Notes under the pieces: generated by a model
What the model saw: the letters and a program-made list of their open reading frames with translations, nothing else
Database searches by the model: none
Told to the model about the DNA's origin: nothing
Translations under genes and position numbers: made by a program
Part shown: one piece after another, positions 50,517-63,930 of the stretch
Position numbering within the stretch: the first letter of the stretch is position 1
Layout of the letters: every line of letters starts with the position of its first letter
Source: Trichosphaerium sp. ATCC 40318
Taxonomy: Eukaryota; Protista; Tubulinea
Direction of reading: 5' to 3'
Assembly (NCBI GenBank): GCA_038496445.1
Contig: JALMLS010000374.1
Coordinates: 124,001 to 188,000 of the forward strand
Length of the DNA stretch: 64,000 bases

Positions 50517-53500
50517 ATGGAAAAAGAGGGCGTTTCTGATACTAATACGCCTGATATTATTTTATATGATGTCTGGGTATTACACGATGAATATTCTGGC
50601 ACTGTACGGTTAAAACCCCGATTTGTGTGGACATTGTATCTAACAAAACTTAAAAGGACCTAAACGTTAACACCGCAAAGCCCACGCGTAGCACAACTAA
50701 TGGTTTGATTCAAAGATTACATTAACTTTAACTTATTTTTTGGCTAGAGTACGGAAACTTGCTTCTTGACGCGTTGGGGAGCGGATATCGCTTTAGTGGC
50801 GCTTCTGGAGTAGAAGCGAGTTTACCTGCTTCATACATTACTCATCTCACTAAAAAGACGCCTCTGCACTTGGATTTATCTCCTAATGGTATGATACACC
50901 CGTTTAGATTCTTAATAGCGCAGTACCGTTTCGTTAAATTAATGATATTCAAAATCTTTGAAGAAGTTCATTTTTCAACTTTATCAAAAAACTTAACGTT
51001 TGTAATAAAATAGGTTCAAAGGTCGCTGTTATTATAGGCAAAAAAGTGTACATTCATGATAAAAAGGATAATTTTGAGGGTATCGCTTATGAGGCGACAC
51101 GTGCGTACTTCTTTTTTATTGGAATTTATTTATTATTTGCTTAGTTGCTTCATTTCCTGTTACCTTGTCACCTACTGTTAAATTACGATGGTCTTATTCA
51201 GGAAATATGCTTGCAATTTCTGTTGGATCTCTTATCTATTTACTTGATGCAAAAGGGAATACCCTAGCTACACTAAATGCACGTGACCGTGGTTTTACAG
51301 GTACTACAAATATCCTCATATGAGACGTTTTTCCTCATTTTTTTTAGATGGTATTGCTGATATTTGCTGGCACAAGACGTCAAATCGGTCATAGTACGAT
51401 GATTCATAAAAACATACTCTAAGTACTTTGTAGTTGTGAGATTGTAGTTCTTGGATACAATAGCATAGTGGATCGGTTTAGGATACCAACAAAAGCACCT
51501 TTTAAATTTAAGCGGTACTATTTTGAGCCTTTAATGACACTGAGCTTATTTTGTATCGTGAAGAGTTGTACTACCTGATGCTACCCTAAAATACGATAAA
51601 CTTCATTTGGATAATTGGCACGCGTGTACTGTAGCTTGCCATTATTTACCCAGTGAGAAACTCCTTGCAGTGTGTATGTACCACGTTTTGGTTCAAAGAA
51701 ACTATAGACAGACTTTCTAACTTCATTTGTTTCAGGTGGCTTGCCTGCGACAAGTGTTAAAGTGGGTGATATAGGTATAACATTATGGCGGTTGCTTGAA
51801 ACATCACCTTACTATGAATTGGAGTATCCTACCATGGCAGTTAATGCACCTGTTCTACCGGGTCCAATAGGTAACTGATTTTTTGCGTACCAATGTTTGT
51901 TTATTATTTCTTTAGGGATGATGGCACGTATGTCCAGAGCATACAGTTTCAGTTATGCTGTTCACTCCTCCTTTTTAACACATGTAATATTTTCCCCAAA
52001 TGGGAATACACTTGTTGTATTAGATATTGATGGTGCGTTAATGTTTGGATTCATTTGATTTTTTTCTCTAAGCTTCGGCTTAGGCAATCTAACTGTATGG
52101 GATGTTCAAAAGAAACTTAAAATCAGACATTTCACATCTGCTGGTCTTTATAAACATACTAGAGGAAGCACTTTAGATGATCATGAAGAAGAAGAGCACA
52201 GTAAGTATTTGATCTAAGGACGTTCGATGAGTGTTTGTTAATTTTTTTATTTTAGAGATTGTTGACGTCTCTTGGTGGAGTGATGAAGCCCTTATCTTGC
52301 GCCGAAAAGATGGATCAATAGTAGTTACATCTTTAATGTCAGAGAGGCCAACAAACTTGCTAGGTACACTTTGATTGAAGCGGTTGGAAAAGAGTTCTTT
52401 ATGTTACGTTACTTTTAACTAATTCGTTTTTTTTCCATAAAAGGTAATGCAGCAGAGAAGTTTGAACGTAATGTTAGTATTGTGAGTATTGGTGACGGAC
52501 GATTCTTGGCTTTTGATGGAGCTACAAAGAAACCAGAGAAGTCTGCAGCTGATTTCTTGAGTGATACACCAACGCCTAAAGAAGATGAATCTGTTGCTGC
52601 TTCTACATCTTATAGACTCCTTTCATTAACGAGTATGACTCCTGAAGGTTTGTTCATGTCAAAAGTTGGTACAGAAGAGTATGGATATGCTCTACGTCTT
52701 GCGAAAATGTACAACATTGATAAGGATATTGTATACAAGAAACGTTGGGCTTCAGAAGGTGTTACTGAGATTACTATCAAAGATTACTTGAGTAAAGTAA
52801 CTGATAAGACTTGGGTGCTTAGAGAGTGTAAGGAGAGAGTTCCAGGAACAGCTTTGGGTAATAGAAAGTTACTTGAATACGGTTTACTTTTGGTGAGTTT
52901 TGATAGTATTCTTCGTTTGCGTTGTATTAATTTTTCTAGACTTTACCAGCGTGGAAACGTGCTCAAATGCTTGAATCTGATTCTGAGGAAGATAGTGGTA
53001 GTTTAGAAGACGAAGAAGAGTTTAAAGAACCAGATACATTAACAGAACGGTAAGATACAAGAGTTTTGTCTTTTTTTTTTTCTTTGCTGTTTTGGCTCTA
53101 AGGTTCTTCTAGTATTTTAACTGAAGAGGATAAAGATATGTTGTACTGGCGCCTTGTATTCTTACATTACCTCAAGAGATTAAAGACTTATACACATATC
53201 CACCGTAAGGAGAAGAATAATGTTATTAAAACGACTAACACAGTTAATAGCATATTTCGATGCTGAAGCGTTCAAGATGTTCAGAAATGCTCATCTCATT
53301 GATTTGGCTTATGATTATGCATTTGAAAGTAACTTCAAGGCTATAGACGTGCGTAGAGTTGGATTATAAGTGTTTTGCTAATAGTTAAATGAAGACATTT
53401 TTCACGTATCATTCAAAGCAAGTGTTGCCGTATAGATTGGCTATTCTCAGTCAAATTTCTGAGATTGTTGATCCTACAGAGTATGGAAAGGATCTCTTAC

Positions 53501-56500
53501 CTTATGTTGAAGGTGGCGATTATGAAGGGCAGTGGGATACTAGAGATTGGACCAAACCTGATTGGGTACAACATGAGTATTGGTTCAAACAGCTTGGTTT
53601 TGAAGGTACGTTTTTGTGATAACTTGTGAACTGTTGATTTAAAGAATCTTTTAGGTGTTCATGAAGATCTTAGTAAAGTACTGAAAGCCTTTGCTTCTCG
53701 CTTTCAAGATACACTACTTCTTAAAGCAAAGGATGTCGGTAATGGTATTGGATATCGCTTTCCAACAGATGAAGTTTACGCTGAGCCTTTTGAGAGCGCA
53801 CAGGTAATTTTGTTCCTTTACAAGATTTTTCTTAACCGCTTCTGAGTAGAGCTTCACAATTAGTTTAGAAGGATTATACGAACCACATTATCCTCTGAAG
53901 TCCAGTGAGTTAACTGAATGGTATATTAAAAGGATAGAGAGTATAGAAGCAGCAACCGGCCAAGTAACATACCAAGTTTGTATAACTTAACTTTTAATTT
54001 TGGCTGTAGGTCAAGTTAGCTCAAAAGATGGTTACCTTAGGCGTTTCTAATGGTATCAAGGGATTAGATGATATCAAAACTGTTCTTTCAGGACTGAGCA
54101 CAGCTGTATATGAGTGCAGAAAGGAAATAACACTAGCAGAATTCCAGCGATACCCTGACTTTAAAAAACTATCAGTTCTTCTTGACGATAGCACAGATAA
54201 GACTATCATTAAGCATATAAAGGTACGATGAAACAACTGTACATATAAACTAGTTACCGAAGCGTAATATTAGGATCGCGTTATGCCAATGTTAACGGCT
54301 GAAAAGACGAAGTCAACTGTACAAAATCAAAGTGAAGGTATGTTCTTTTTGTTTTTAATTTTTGGTCTTGCCCTCATGTTTATTAACTTCTATGTTTCAT
54401 CATTTAGAGCCTCTGCTTATAGAGAGATATATGGAAGATCTAGCAAGGCATCATCAATTAGATGTTGTCATGTCAATCATTGAGCAGAGTAGCCCAAAAA
54501 GCGAGCATAATGATGAAAAGATTATTCCTACCAACTTTCACTTGACACGTATTGCCCTAAAATGTATATTTGTATGTCCGGATGTATCAAGCGAAGCGTG
54601 GAATATTATGAATGCAATATTTGAGGTACACAGATAGCGCTTATTCATTAGCACTTTTCTGACTTCTTTTGACTTTTCTGTTGTTGATTTTTGTTCTTCC
54701 TTTAAGGCTCTTCCAATCAGAGATGAAGATAATGATACACCTCAAATGAGCGCATTACAAGATGAACTTGATAAACTTGATGATTTCTTGTTGGCTAATG
54801 AGATACTTCAGAAATAGTGCGTGCTTTTTTTTTTGCTTGCATAAATACTGTTATTGTCTTTTGTAGTTTTCTATGTTTACGGTTTATTTAGTAACTTGTC
54901 TTTACCTATGGTTGAAATGAAACGGTTAATGGAGGACAAGGATCATGATAAAGTCAGAAATTTGCTTGTTGGTATAGCGAAAAAGGTATTGCTTGCTCAC
55001 TATAGTTGTGACTAGTTAACATTTATTTTTTTACAAAAGGGAGTTCAAGCTGATCCTCCTCTACCTGATAGAGAATGGGAGAGTATTAAAAATAATATGG
55101 TTGATCTAACAAACGTATTTTCTTTCTTTGGAGTGGAGTATTGTCACTCTCAGTTTTGCAAGGGACTTCTGCGTGCCGGAAGTATGTTTCTTTTTTTGAA
55201 GCACCTGAAAAGTGTTTGTTGACTTTTTACCTTTAGATTTCTCGCTGGCAAAGAATTACCTGACAGAGGCTATAAATGCAGATGAAATTGCTTTAGCTGT
55301 ATCTAGAGAGTATTTCAACTCTTGTACACATACAGGACAACCAGATATGAAACTTGCAAAACAATGGTAGGATAATAATTATCTTCTTTTTTTTTGTGGT
55401 TGTTTAACTTTTTGTTAAGTTTGTTGCTTATATCTCCACCAACGCCTCAGATTGTAAAAGAGCTCAAGTTAATAGAAGCGGCCTTCAAGTTCGCAGAACT
55501 GGGAATGGATACACTACCAGGTGAGCTAAGAGAGTTGTCATCTTGTACTGACGTTATCTAGTCAAAATCCGCATATCAAAAAATAAGCTTGAATTGTTTG
55601 AAGAGATGTTAAAAAAGAAGCCAGAGTACTGTTCTTTTTTTGCAAGTATTTTGTAGTTTTAAATGGTAACGTAGGCTTTATAACTCTCTTGAAGAGATTC
55701 TAATCATAGCTGACCTTCTTGGACGCAACAAAAAAGAGGATAAACATCAAATAATGCTTATGCTCGCTTCTACTGCTTTTCAGGTAATTGAACTTTGTTC
55801 TTCAGTCTCTTTGGTTAATGTATATTAGCAAGGAGATTTTAACAATGCTAATGCGCATTGTAACCAATTAGTACGTTCACGTTATGAACCAGCATGGCCG
55901 CTTGCAAAGATGCTTGCTTTAGAAGATAGATGGACTGATTATGATGCTCGAATGACTTTGGTACTTTTTTGTTTCTTTTGATACCTTCTTTCGCCGTCTT
56001 TCACTTTTTTAATTCTAAACAATCGCTTAGCTATCATTCACAATGGTGCATGCCCCTAAAGAAGAATTATGGTCTCTTATGAGTATATGGAGAACATTAG
56101 AGGTATTTAAAGTAGTCAATCAGCTGTTGATTAACTCGTTCCAAAAAAAGGCTAGAAAAAATTGTAGCAAGCTTGGTATTCGTACAGAGAATGTACCTAT
56201 CGCCAATGTTAGCCTTGATACACATAAAAAGGATATACACGATGTTTGTACTCAATACTTACACTTGTGCTTGAAGCAACTCATTGAATGGCAAAATGCC
56301 AATCCTTCAATTCAACCAAAAGACATTCGCATACCTAGGGCTATAACATATCCTGAATTCTATGACGCTTCTAATAAATCATATGATAACAACCTAAGGT
56401 ATGTTATATGTAGCTATGGGTTGTAAAAACTCCTCACTAACGCTTCTATGTCAAGTATCTATGGAAAGTTTGAGATGCCTGTAAAGAAGACGATGGCTCA

Positions 56501-59500
56501 GGAGTATATTCATAACTTGGCAGTTGTTACATCAACTGCTAGCAAGTCTAAAATAGAAACTATAAAACAACTTGCAACTATATCATTGGTGTCCGATATA
56601 CCTATGTTCAGCGGGTATATTCTATCTCTAAACAAGGTAAAAAGTCTTGACTTATTATCGAACTAACTTGTTACTAGCTTAAAGATAAACAAGAGTTTTT
56701 TGACAGCATGGTTGCTAGGTGTAATGATAACAAGGATGATAGTAGACCAGCTCATTTAGTCTTACATCTAGCTCTTTATTTCTTGTCTATAGAACTTGTT
56801 GTTGAACATGTTCCTAGAGATGTTTTGTATAATCATTCTCCTGATTCTATTATTGCAAGCGTAGAAAAGGCTTTGCAGAACGAGAAATCAAACAAATCGA
56901 ACAGAAAAAAGAAAAGTAAGATGCCACTTATCACAGAAGGAAGGGACGATATTGTCCAAGCTATTAACCAGTTTGGTAAGCGTATATTGGATCTATCTAA
57001 GGCTGAAGAGCTTCGTGTACGTCATAGTTGATGACTATTGTAAAAAATCTTTCTTTCAGTTACTAATGTGTTTGTTGTTTAGGCTTTGAGTATCACTGTT
57101 GATGTTCCTCGATTCACTCAAGATGACGATTATAAGAAGGAAGTACTCATATCTATTGTAAATTCTGAGCAAAGAGATGCTCTTGAGGTTGCTATTCTTC
57201 TTTCGGAGAAGTACCATATTTTGGATACTTGGACTGTGCGTTTTTTTAAGTTTTCGTGATGGTTTGCTTACTTTATTAGCTTGTTGTGAAACGCATGGTT
57301 TATGTCTTAACCTCCTCGTTTGAACTGGATGTTGAAGATTTCGTTAGTTATGAAATGGCTATACTTGATCGCCATGATGATTTGCTCAAAGAGCTTCAAC
57401 CTATTTGTCTCGATGTACGAGAAAATTTATTTATAAATTTTCTACAAAAAAAAAGTTGCTTGGTCTCACGTGTTTTGTAGATTAACGGAAGAAGCTATGA
57501 TAAACTTATATATTACTACGGTCTTTGTAAGGATTGTATAGCCAGATATGAACCTGGTGACAAGAGAGGAAGTAAAGCAAGAGTAAAACTCATAGCAAAG
57601 TATATATTAGCTTTGAAAACTCTTATGCCTGTGCGTCCTGAATCCTATTTTTTGTTGAACTTCCGTAGAAGCTAACTTTACTTCATAGCTTGGTCAAGAA
57701 ACACCTAACTGGCACAAGATTAAGAAGGGCACAGACGAGGCAATGAATGCCATTGCTGATATAATAAACCTAAAGAACGCCAATTCTATTGTCAAGATGT
57801 TGCCTAGAATAAATGGGATATATCTTAAAGATTCTCTATCAAAAAGTAATATTGTCAAAGCTCTTTTATTTGGCTTAATGTCAAGCAGTACAGAGGAAGC
57901 TCACTTGAACAAAATGTACGTCTTACACAATGTCTTGTTATTAGTATTGTTATCTTATTACTAATCCCCAATAGGGCAGCAAAATGTGGTACTTACTATA
58001 AACGTCTTGATGTTGTAAATCTCCTTGATTTTGTTGATCAAGTCACTGTTAAAGAGAGGGTGCGTTTTTTTTTTTTTTCTTTAAGTCAAGTTGTTTGTAC
58101 TAATCTTAGCTTTTTAGGGTCGTCTTATACCATTATCTACAAGACGTAGAATAATATCTGATACTTCTAGCTACATAAGGAGGCAATTAGAGCGTTCTAG
58201 CAAAGGTGGATACACTGAAGTGCGTTGCTCATTATTAGGATACTTAAACGTTACAAGACGTCCTGTCTTACTGTTCTTAGGAACCAAGCGAATCTTCTCC
58301 AAGCCTAGAGGGTGTCATTGAGCATTTGGGAACTTTAGATGAGCACTTAGAATTTCTTGTTTACGTTGATACTTTGTTGCATGACGACTTTGAAGTTGAA
58401 CACGAGATTGACCATAGTTTTTACATGAAACGACTTGAAGGAACTTTTGGAGATGATACAGCATTGGACGCTGTCTTGAAACAGCTTGCTGCTAATGGAG
58501 CACCAATATCCATCGTTAATAGAATTTTGAGTGGCGCTGGTGTGAAGAGGAACTTTATAGGAACTCTAGAAGACTTGTACAGCGAAACCATTACAGCTAT
58601 TCTTACACCCTTAAAGTACGTTTTGGTTTATTTGTATTTAGCTTGCACTCATACATGACATAGGGAGAATGAAATAGAAGATATGGAACCTGTTTCTGTG
58701 AGTTGTATGGCTGGATCTTGGCCTGCGGAGTCAAACAATTTAAGGTTCTACTACATTGGTGAGAAAGCAAAGAAGTTGTTCAATTTTTATTAATGGCTTT
58801 TTTAGACAAGATATGTGGCTCGCTTAACCAGTCTCTTATTGATAAACCACATGATATGACAGAAGAACAGCTTGGTACACATATAATAGTTTTTAGTATA
58901 TGGCGTAATGACTTGCTTTAGTTACAATCGCCGCTTGTGTTCTTAAAAAATTAAGACATATCACAAAGTCAAAGACTATAACCGATAATACATTAAAGTG
59001 TCGTATTTTGAATGCTCTTCGGTGTTCGCCACATCTATACATTGATAAGAAACAGTATTTACGTGATAGCCGCATGTATCAGAAGCTCTCGTCTCAAAAA
59101 CTGCTCGTGACGCTATTGGGAGATGATGTATGTTTTTTTTTTTGCTTTTTGAAAATCGGATTCTTAGCTTCCTTTTGTGGTTCAAGTTCAAGCTTAATTA
59201 AGTGCTTAGGTTGATGCTGTTGCCATCAAATCTGTAGAAGAGAAGAAAGAACTTATGGCAAGGCTGATTGTAACTGATAAAGCAAAAGAAAACCTAAGCT
59301 TGCTTGGAGAGCTTTTGAAGCTTTGGATTGAGAGTCAAGTTGAAGAAGAACAAAGTGATACTTTCCATTCAGAATGGGCTCAATTACTTGATATGGGTAT
59401 AAATCAAAAGGAAACATCTTTTATTCTTAACATGGGGACGTATAGCATGTCTAATGACCTTCTTGAAAAGAAAGTAAGTGATTGCATGATTGCTTGTTAC

Positions 59501-60382
59501 CTCAATTTTTCTGACTTTTTTTTAAGGAACAAGAAAACTTCCTTGCCAAATTACAAGCAACTAAAGCTGTTCCTGTATTGGTTTATAAGCTAGGATTATC
59601 TTCGAATATACCTTCAGTTATTGAATCAACTGTAGAGCTTGCTATAAGCCCTTACAGAGCACCACCGTCCAATCAATCTATTGCATTTTCATTCTTGAGC
59701 AACTTACTTTCTTGGAGTTCTACTCCTAAACATCAACCTCAATATAAACGTGATTACGATATTGAACTAGTAGCTACTATAATACAGTACGTATCTTTAA
59801 TCACATAACTACTCGGTTGACTGATATCTCTTCAAGGCGCCGATTACTCCACATGTTCACTGATACCCCTATTTATGGATTTTGTATCGACTTTATTCTT
59901 TGTTGTAACGAAATGGAAAATCTTCGATCTCAAAGAACGTATCCCTTATCAGAGAAGCATAGTATTAATGTTGATATACACAAGCACACAGATAAGCTTA
60001 ATATTGATGATAAAGTATACTCACTACCTCACACTGTGGCAGTGCTTACACTCAAAGGTTCGTTGTTTTGAACGTTTTTTCTTGCTTTGTGCGGTTGAAC
60101 TCACGTGCTTTTTTCTTTCAAACAGGTCGTTTTGCTGAAGCTGGTAAACTTGCTTGTCTCTCTAGATTGCTTCATCCTAGACTCCATATACTTAAGATCG
60201 CATTACAAGTCCTTCCTGTTTATTTAAAGGATTGTATTGATTCTGATGAATTGATGAAAAGTTCTGGTGATGTTGATCAAGACGAAGAAAAGGTTGGTAG
60301 TAATAATGTTGTAGTTGGAAAGAAGAGATGTAGAGAGCTTTGTGAAGAAGCTTTATCTTTCTTTTCTGATGCTGTTAAATAA
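50517..60382 (+). CDS. NBAS: NBAS/NAG (Sec39-domain, NRZ/Dsl1 tethering complex subunit) homolog, many exons
   Basis: N-terminal ILYDVWV and a beta-propeller region. TPEGLFMSKVGTEEYGYALRLAKMYNIDKDIVYKKRW...YLSKVTDKTWVLRECKERVP...LLEYGL, FFTYHSKQVLPYRLAILSQISE and WYIKRIESIE match NBAS. Confidence 0.88.
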
Positions 60383-60631
60383 ATAAAAAAGACAAAAAAG
60401 AATAAGCCAATCATTTGTAAAAAAACCGTTTTTTCAATTACTTGAAGCACTTCATGGCTTGTACTGTTTGTCGGCCTGGTCTTCGTATAGTTATATCTTG
60501 TGCAATTGTACCTATTTCGGACGAATTTTCTTTGTTCAGAACACGTGGATTATTTGAAAAGTATTGACTTGTCGTCGACATTATTTATTATTCGCCGACG
60601 TATTTTTCTCTCTTACCTTACCAAATGCCTT

Positions 60632-62124
60632 ATGATCACTTCTGAGTGGCCTGGGAAAGGTTTTACGCACCATGAAGTAGAAGCGGCCTATATAACGCTC
60701 CGTTTCACCGCAATTATTGGTTTTTTGGTACGTAAACGCGCCGGTCACGTGTTTAACAATTACAGCTTTGAAAAACTTTTTCAGTTTACATTTCTTAGGG
60801 CGCAGCTTGGGTTATATTTTCGGCATTACTTTTCCCTCATTTGAGAGAATTTCCACGTAGTTATGTTGTATGGCTTTCACTTACTGATTTCTTTCAATGT
60901 GGCGGGTTATTGCTTAATTTCATGCTAGAATATCATGATTCTAACTTACCGGATTGGTTATGTGTTGCGCAGGTTCTTGTCTCTTTTTTCTTATTTTTTC
61001 AGTAATTCGTTTTTTTTGGAAAAGTCAATCATAAAGATTACAAGTCCTTTTCCATTAAAAATGTCCGATTTTACCCCGTACATTGGTTGATCGAATCTCT
61101 ACATACATTGCATACTTGTATCTTTGTAACGTTAAGTGTTGAGAGCCTGATATTTTAGCCAACGGCTATCTTTCTTTTTTTTTTGGACACGTGTTTTCTT
61201 TCATGTTCTTGCTGTTGATACGTTTTTTCTAGGGATTTAATGTACATTTTTGGGGCATAGCTAATATATTTTGGTGTACAGCTATCGCTGTAACGCTTTA
61301 TATGCGTTATGGATACGACGTCTCCCTTACAGAAATCGATAATTGGTTTCCTGTTGTACATTGTATTTGTTGGGGGTTTGCAGGTGCATCTGTTTTTGTC
61401 GCTACTTATTTCAGAGGATATGGCCAATTACTAGGATGGTTAGTATCACATTAAATCCGTTGTCTTAAACACCAATATTGAGTGACAGAGGCCTAGGTGT
61501 TGGATTCCTAAAGATCATTCTGAGCTTCGTTTTTTCAGTTTTTATATGTATTTCATTATTGGTTTTGTGATTTGTACAGTTGTGTATGTATTGCTTGTTT
61601 ATAGAGTGTGGACAAAACATGAAGAATATCTTCTAGAAACGAACGAAACTGATCCTATGCTTATTACAATTGATCCAGCACGTGAAGATGTAACAAAAAC
61701 AGCAGCTTTAATATGGACAAGATTTCTTCTATACCTTCTTGCTTTCTGCTTAACATGGGTACGACATCACTCCAATATCGCTCTCTTACGATCTAATACG
61801 TTCTATTAGACAGCTGGATTCGTACTAATGGTTTATGAGTGGTGGACAAATCGAAGGAGTTATGTTTTATGGATGCTTCATTTGTCTACTTTTCCGTTAC
61901 AAGGGTTTTTTGATGCTATTGTTTATAACTTAACTGAGGACACAATAAGCGCTTATAGCGCTTGTATGAAAGGTAAAAGACACTTACAAACAGGTGCTAC
62001 TTCTTTGGATTACGAGAGACAAGGTAGTTGTCAGATTGTCTTTGAGGAAGGTCCAGATATAAGCGCTGCTCAAAATTCAATGAAAAGGTTCAGTGTTATT
62101 GACAGAGAAAATAAAAACTTGTAA
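60632..62124 (+). CDS. 7-TM GPCR, cAMP-receptor-like (Dicty_CAR/GCR1/Git3-type)
   Basis: Spliced LFPHLREFPRSYVVWLSLTDFF, LCVAQ|GF...WCTAIAVTLY, HCICWG, YGQLLGW|CWIP, RFLLYLLAFCLTW and FPLQGFFDAIVY; seven hydrophobic segments. Confidence 0.88.
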
Positions 62125-62446
62125 GAGTTTCTTCTATGGAAGATTTAGGTTGTTTCAAAATTAACTATTTGATCACGTGTATTGAGTATGAAAACCGGGA
62201 CCATAGTTATAGACACTACACTTTGAGTTATAAGATATGTAATGATATTTATGTAATAGACAAGCAACTGTGTTCGACGCCAGTCAAGTTATTAATAATT
62301 AACAATGAAATCAACAATAATATTGATAACTTGACTGCTGTCGACAATAAATGAGGAGAACAATTGTTCTTATACGACATTGTTACAACAGCGCATGTTT
62401 TGGAAAGCTCTATTGTACTACTTTATTTATTAGCGACTTTAATGAT

Positions 62447-62591
62447 AATTCGTAACCGTTTCTGTTGTGGTTAAGATGAAAGTTGTTGTCTTCACTTGTA
62501 AGCCACCGGACACTGTTTTTTAAAGTAAGTGTAGGAGACCAGTTTGGATGAAAAAAACAAAGTCCGACATGTTGACTCAATTTGACAAACT
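62447..62591 (+). repeat. Direct repeat copy 1 (paired with 63517-63645)
   Basis: Shares aattcgtaaccg, ttgtaagccaccggacactgttttt, aaaacaaagtccgac and tgacaaact with copy 2. Confidence 0.8.
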
Positions 62592-62818
62592 ATTTTTAGT
62601 GAGTTGATTTTTGTTACAGTTTGCCTTTACTATTGTATTAGTTTGATAAAGATCAAACATACGAATAATTTTTGATTGATGTAAATCAAGCAGAAAAAAC
62701 AAGTCATTCTTTGACTATGTACACGGTTTGAATTCCAAAAAGATGAGCATATACAAAACATACAAAGTATAATGGAATGTTGAGGGGTTTATTGGCGAAA
62801 CAATAAACGAGCTGTTGG

Positions 62819-63135
62819 TTAATCTTCGCATATAAAGAATTTTCTGCCGTTAATTTTTCTTGATTGAGTACCACAGCCGCGCTCTTCGCATGACAGGCAT
62901 TTTTTAGAACTTGTTTTTGCAGCTATACCAGGGTACTCCTTTTGAGGGCAATGCTTGTTTTTATGCTTACATAGCTTAACTCCATTATCACTGCGAACTA
63001 AACCCTTCATTAAATCAAAAACACAAAAGCGAGTTCTAAAGACATACCGTATCTCCTGGAGCATTTATAATCACAGCCTGATTTGACAAAGCATAGCAAG
63101 CAAAGAAATACGGCAAAGAGTAGTAAGAGTTTCAT
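62819..63135 (-). CDS. Small secreted cysteine-rich cationic peptide (2 exons)
   Basis: ATG 63135 MKLLLLFAVFLCLLCFVKS-GCDYKCSRRY, a phase-1 GTATGT...TAG intron, then VRSDNGVKLCKHKNKHCPQKEYPGIAAKTSSKKCLSCEERGCGTQSRKINGRKFFICED*. The mature part has 8 Cys. Confidence 0.75.
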
Positions 63136-63516
63136 TTTTAAGGGTGTAGTTGTTTGTATTGTTGGTGTTAAAGAACAATGCTAACTTAAGTGAGATATTA
63201 TCTATTTTTAAGTTTGTGATTCCTCAATAACTTACTATTAACTTCTACGCTCATTGGGGTACCCAAAGAAGTGAATGGAATTAAAAATGAAACAAATTAA
63301 GTATCGGGGAAATAGTTACTACCGGACAAACTCCAAAAAACACGTGCACCGGAAAGGTAGTTTTATGATTGACACCTTTGAGTAGGTACTTAGGAAGCAC
63401 AACCAGCACCTCGATTGAGCGTGCACAATCAGAATAGACTTGTTTTTTCCAAACGCCTGATGACAAACAACATTACCGATAGAACTTAACGACTAGCTCA
63501 TTTTACCAGCTATTAC

Positions 63517-63645
63517 AATTCGTAACCGGTTGGGTTGAAAATGAGGCTTGTCGGCTTCATTTGTAAGCCACCGGACACTGTTTTTTCCATCCAAACTTCT
63601 CCTACACTTTACAAAACAAAGTCCGACTTGTTAAAGTGACAAACT
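63517..63645 (+). repeat. Direct repeat copy 2, with the central ~26 nt inverted relative to copy 1
   Basis: ccatccaaacttctcctacacttta is approximately the reverse complement of the copy-1 segment taaagtaagtgtaggagaccagtttggatga. Confidence 0.8.
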
Positions 63646-63771
63646 CCTCACTCGGATGCTTGAAGTACCTCAAATTGTTTCTTGAAGTTTTTTTTTTCGT
63701 CAAAAACAAGAGGATAGCCCCACTTTATTCATAATAATAATTACAAGATAATTACATCCCAGCTTGCCTGA

Positions 63772-63930
63772 TCAGGCTCCGAAATTTGTTTTCACAAATT
63801 TTGGAGGGCCACATGCCAGTGTCATACCATGATATAACCTAAATTAAACCATAGGAAAGACATCCACTTGTACTTAGGAATCTTATGTTTCACGTCATTC
63901 CTTATAGTCCATGTAAAAGCCATATAGCAC
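63772..63930 (-). CDS. Possible 3' exons of a gene entering from beyond the window
   Basis: Acceptor- and donor-bounded segments translate to CYMAFTWTIRNDVKHKIPK|LYHGMTLACGPPKFVKTNFGA*; no recognisable domain. Confidence 0.3.

Noticed and set aside
62819-63064. TnpB/Fanzor-like zinc ribbon (TSSKKCLSC...KFFIC)
   Set aside because: No RuvC motifs and no DRD.N motif follow. The segment splices cleanly to an upstream signal-peptide exon, so it is better explained as a secreted Cys-rich peptide.
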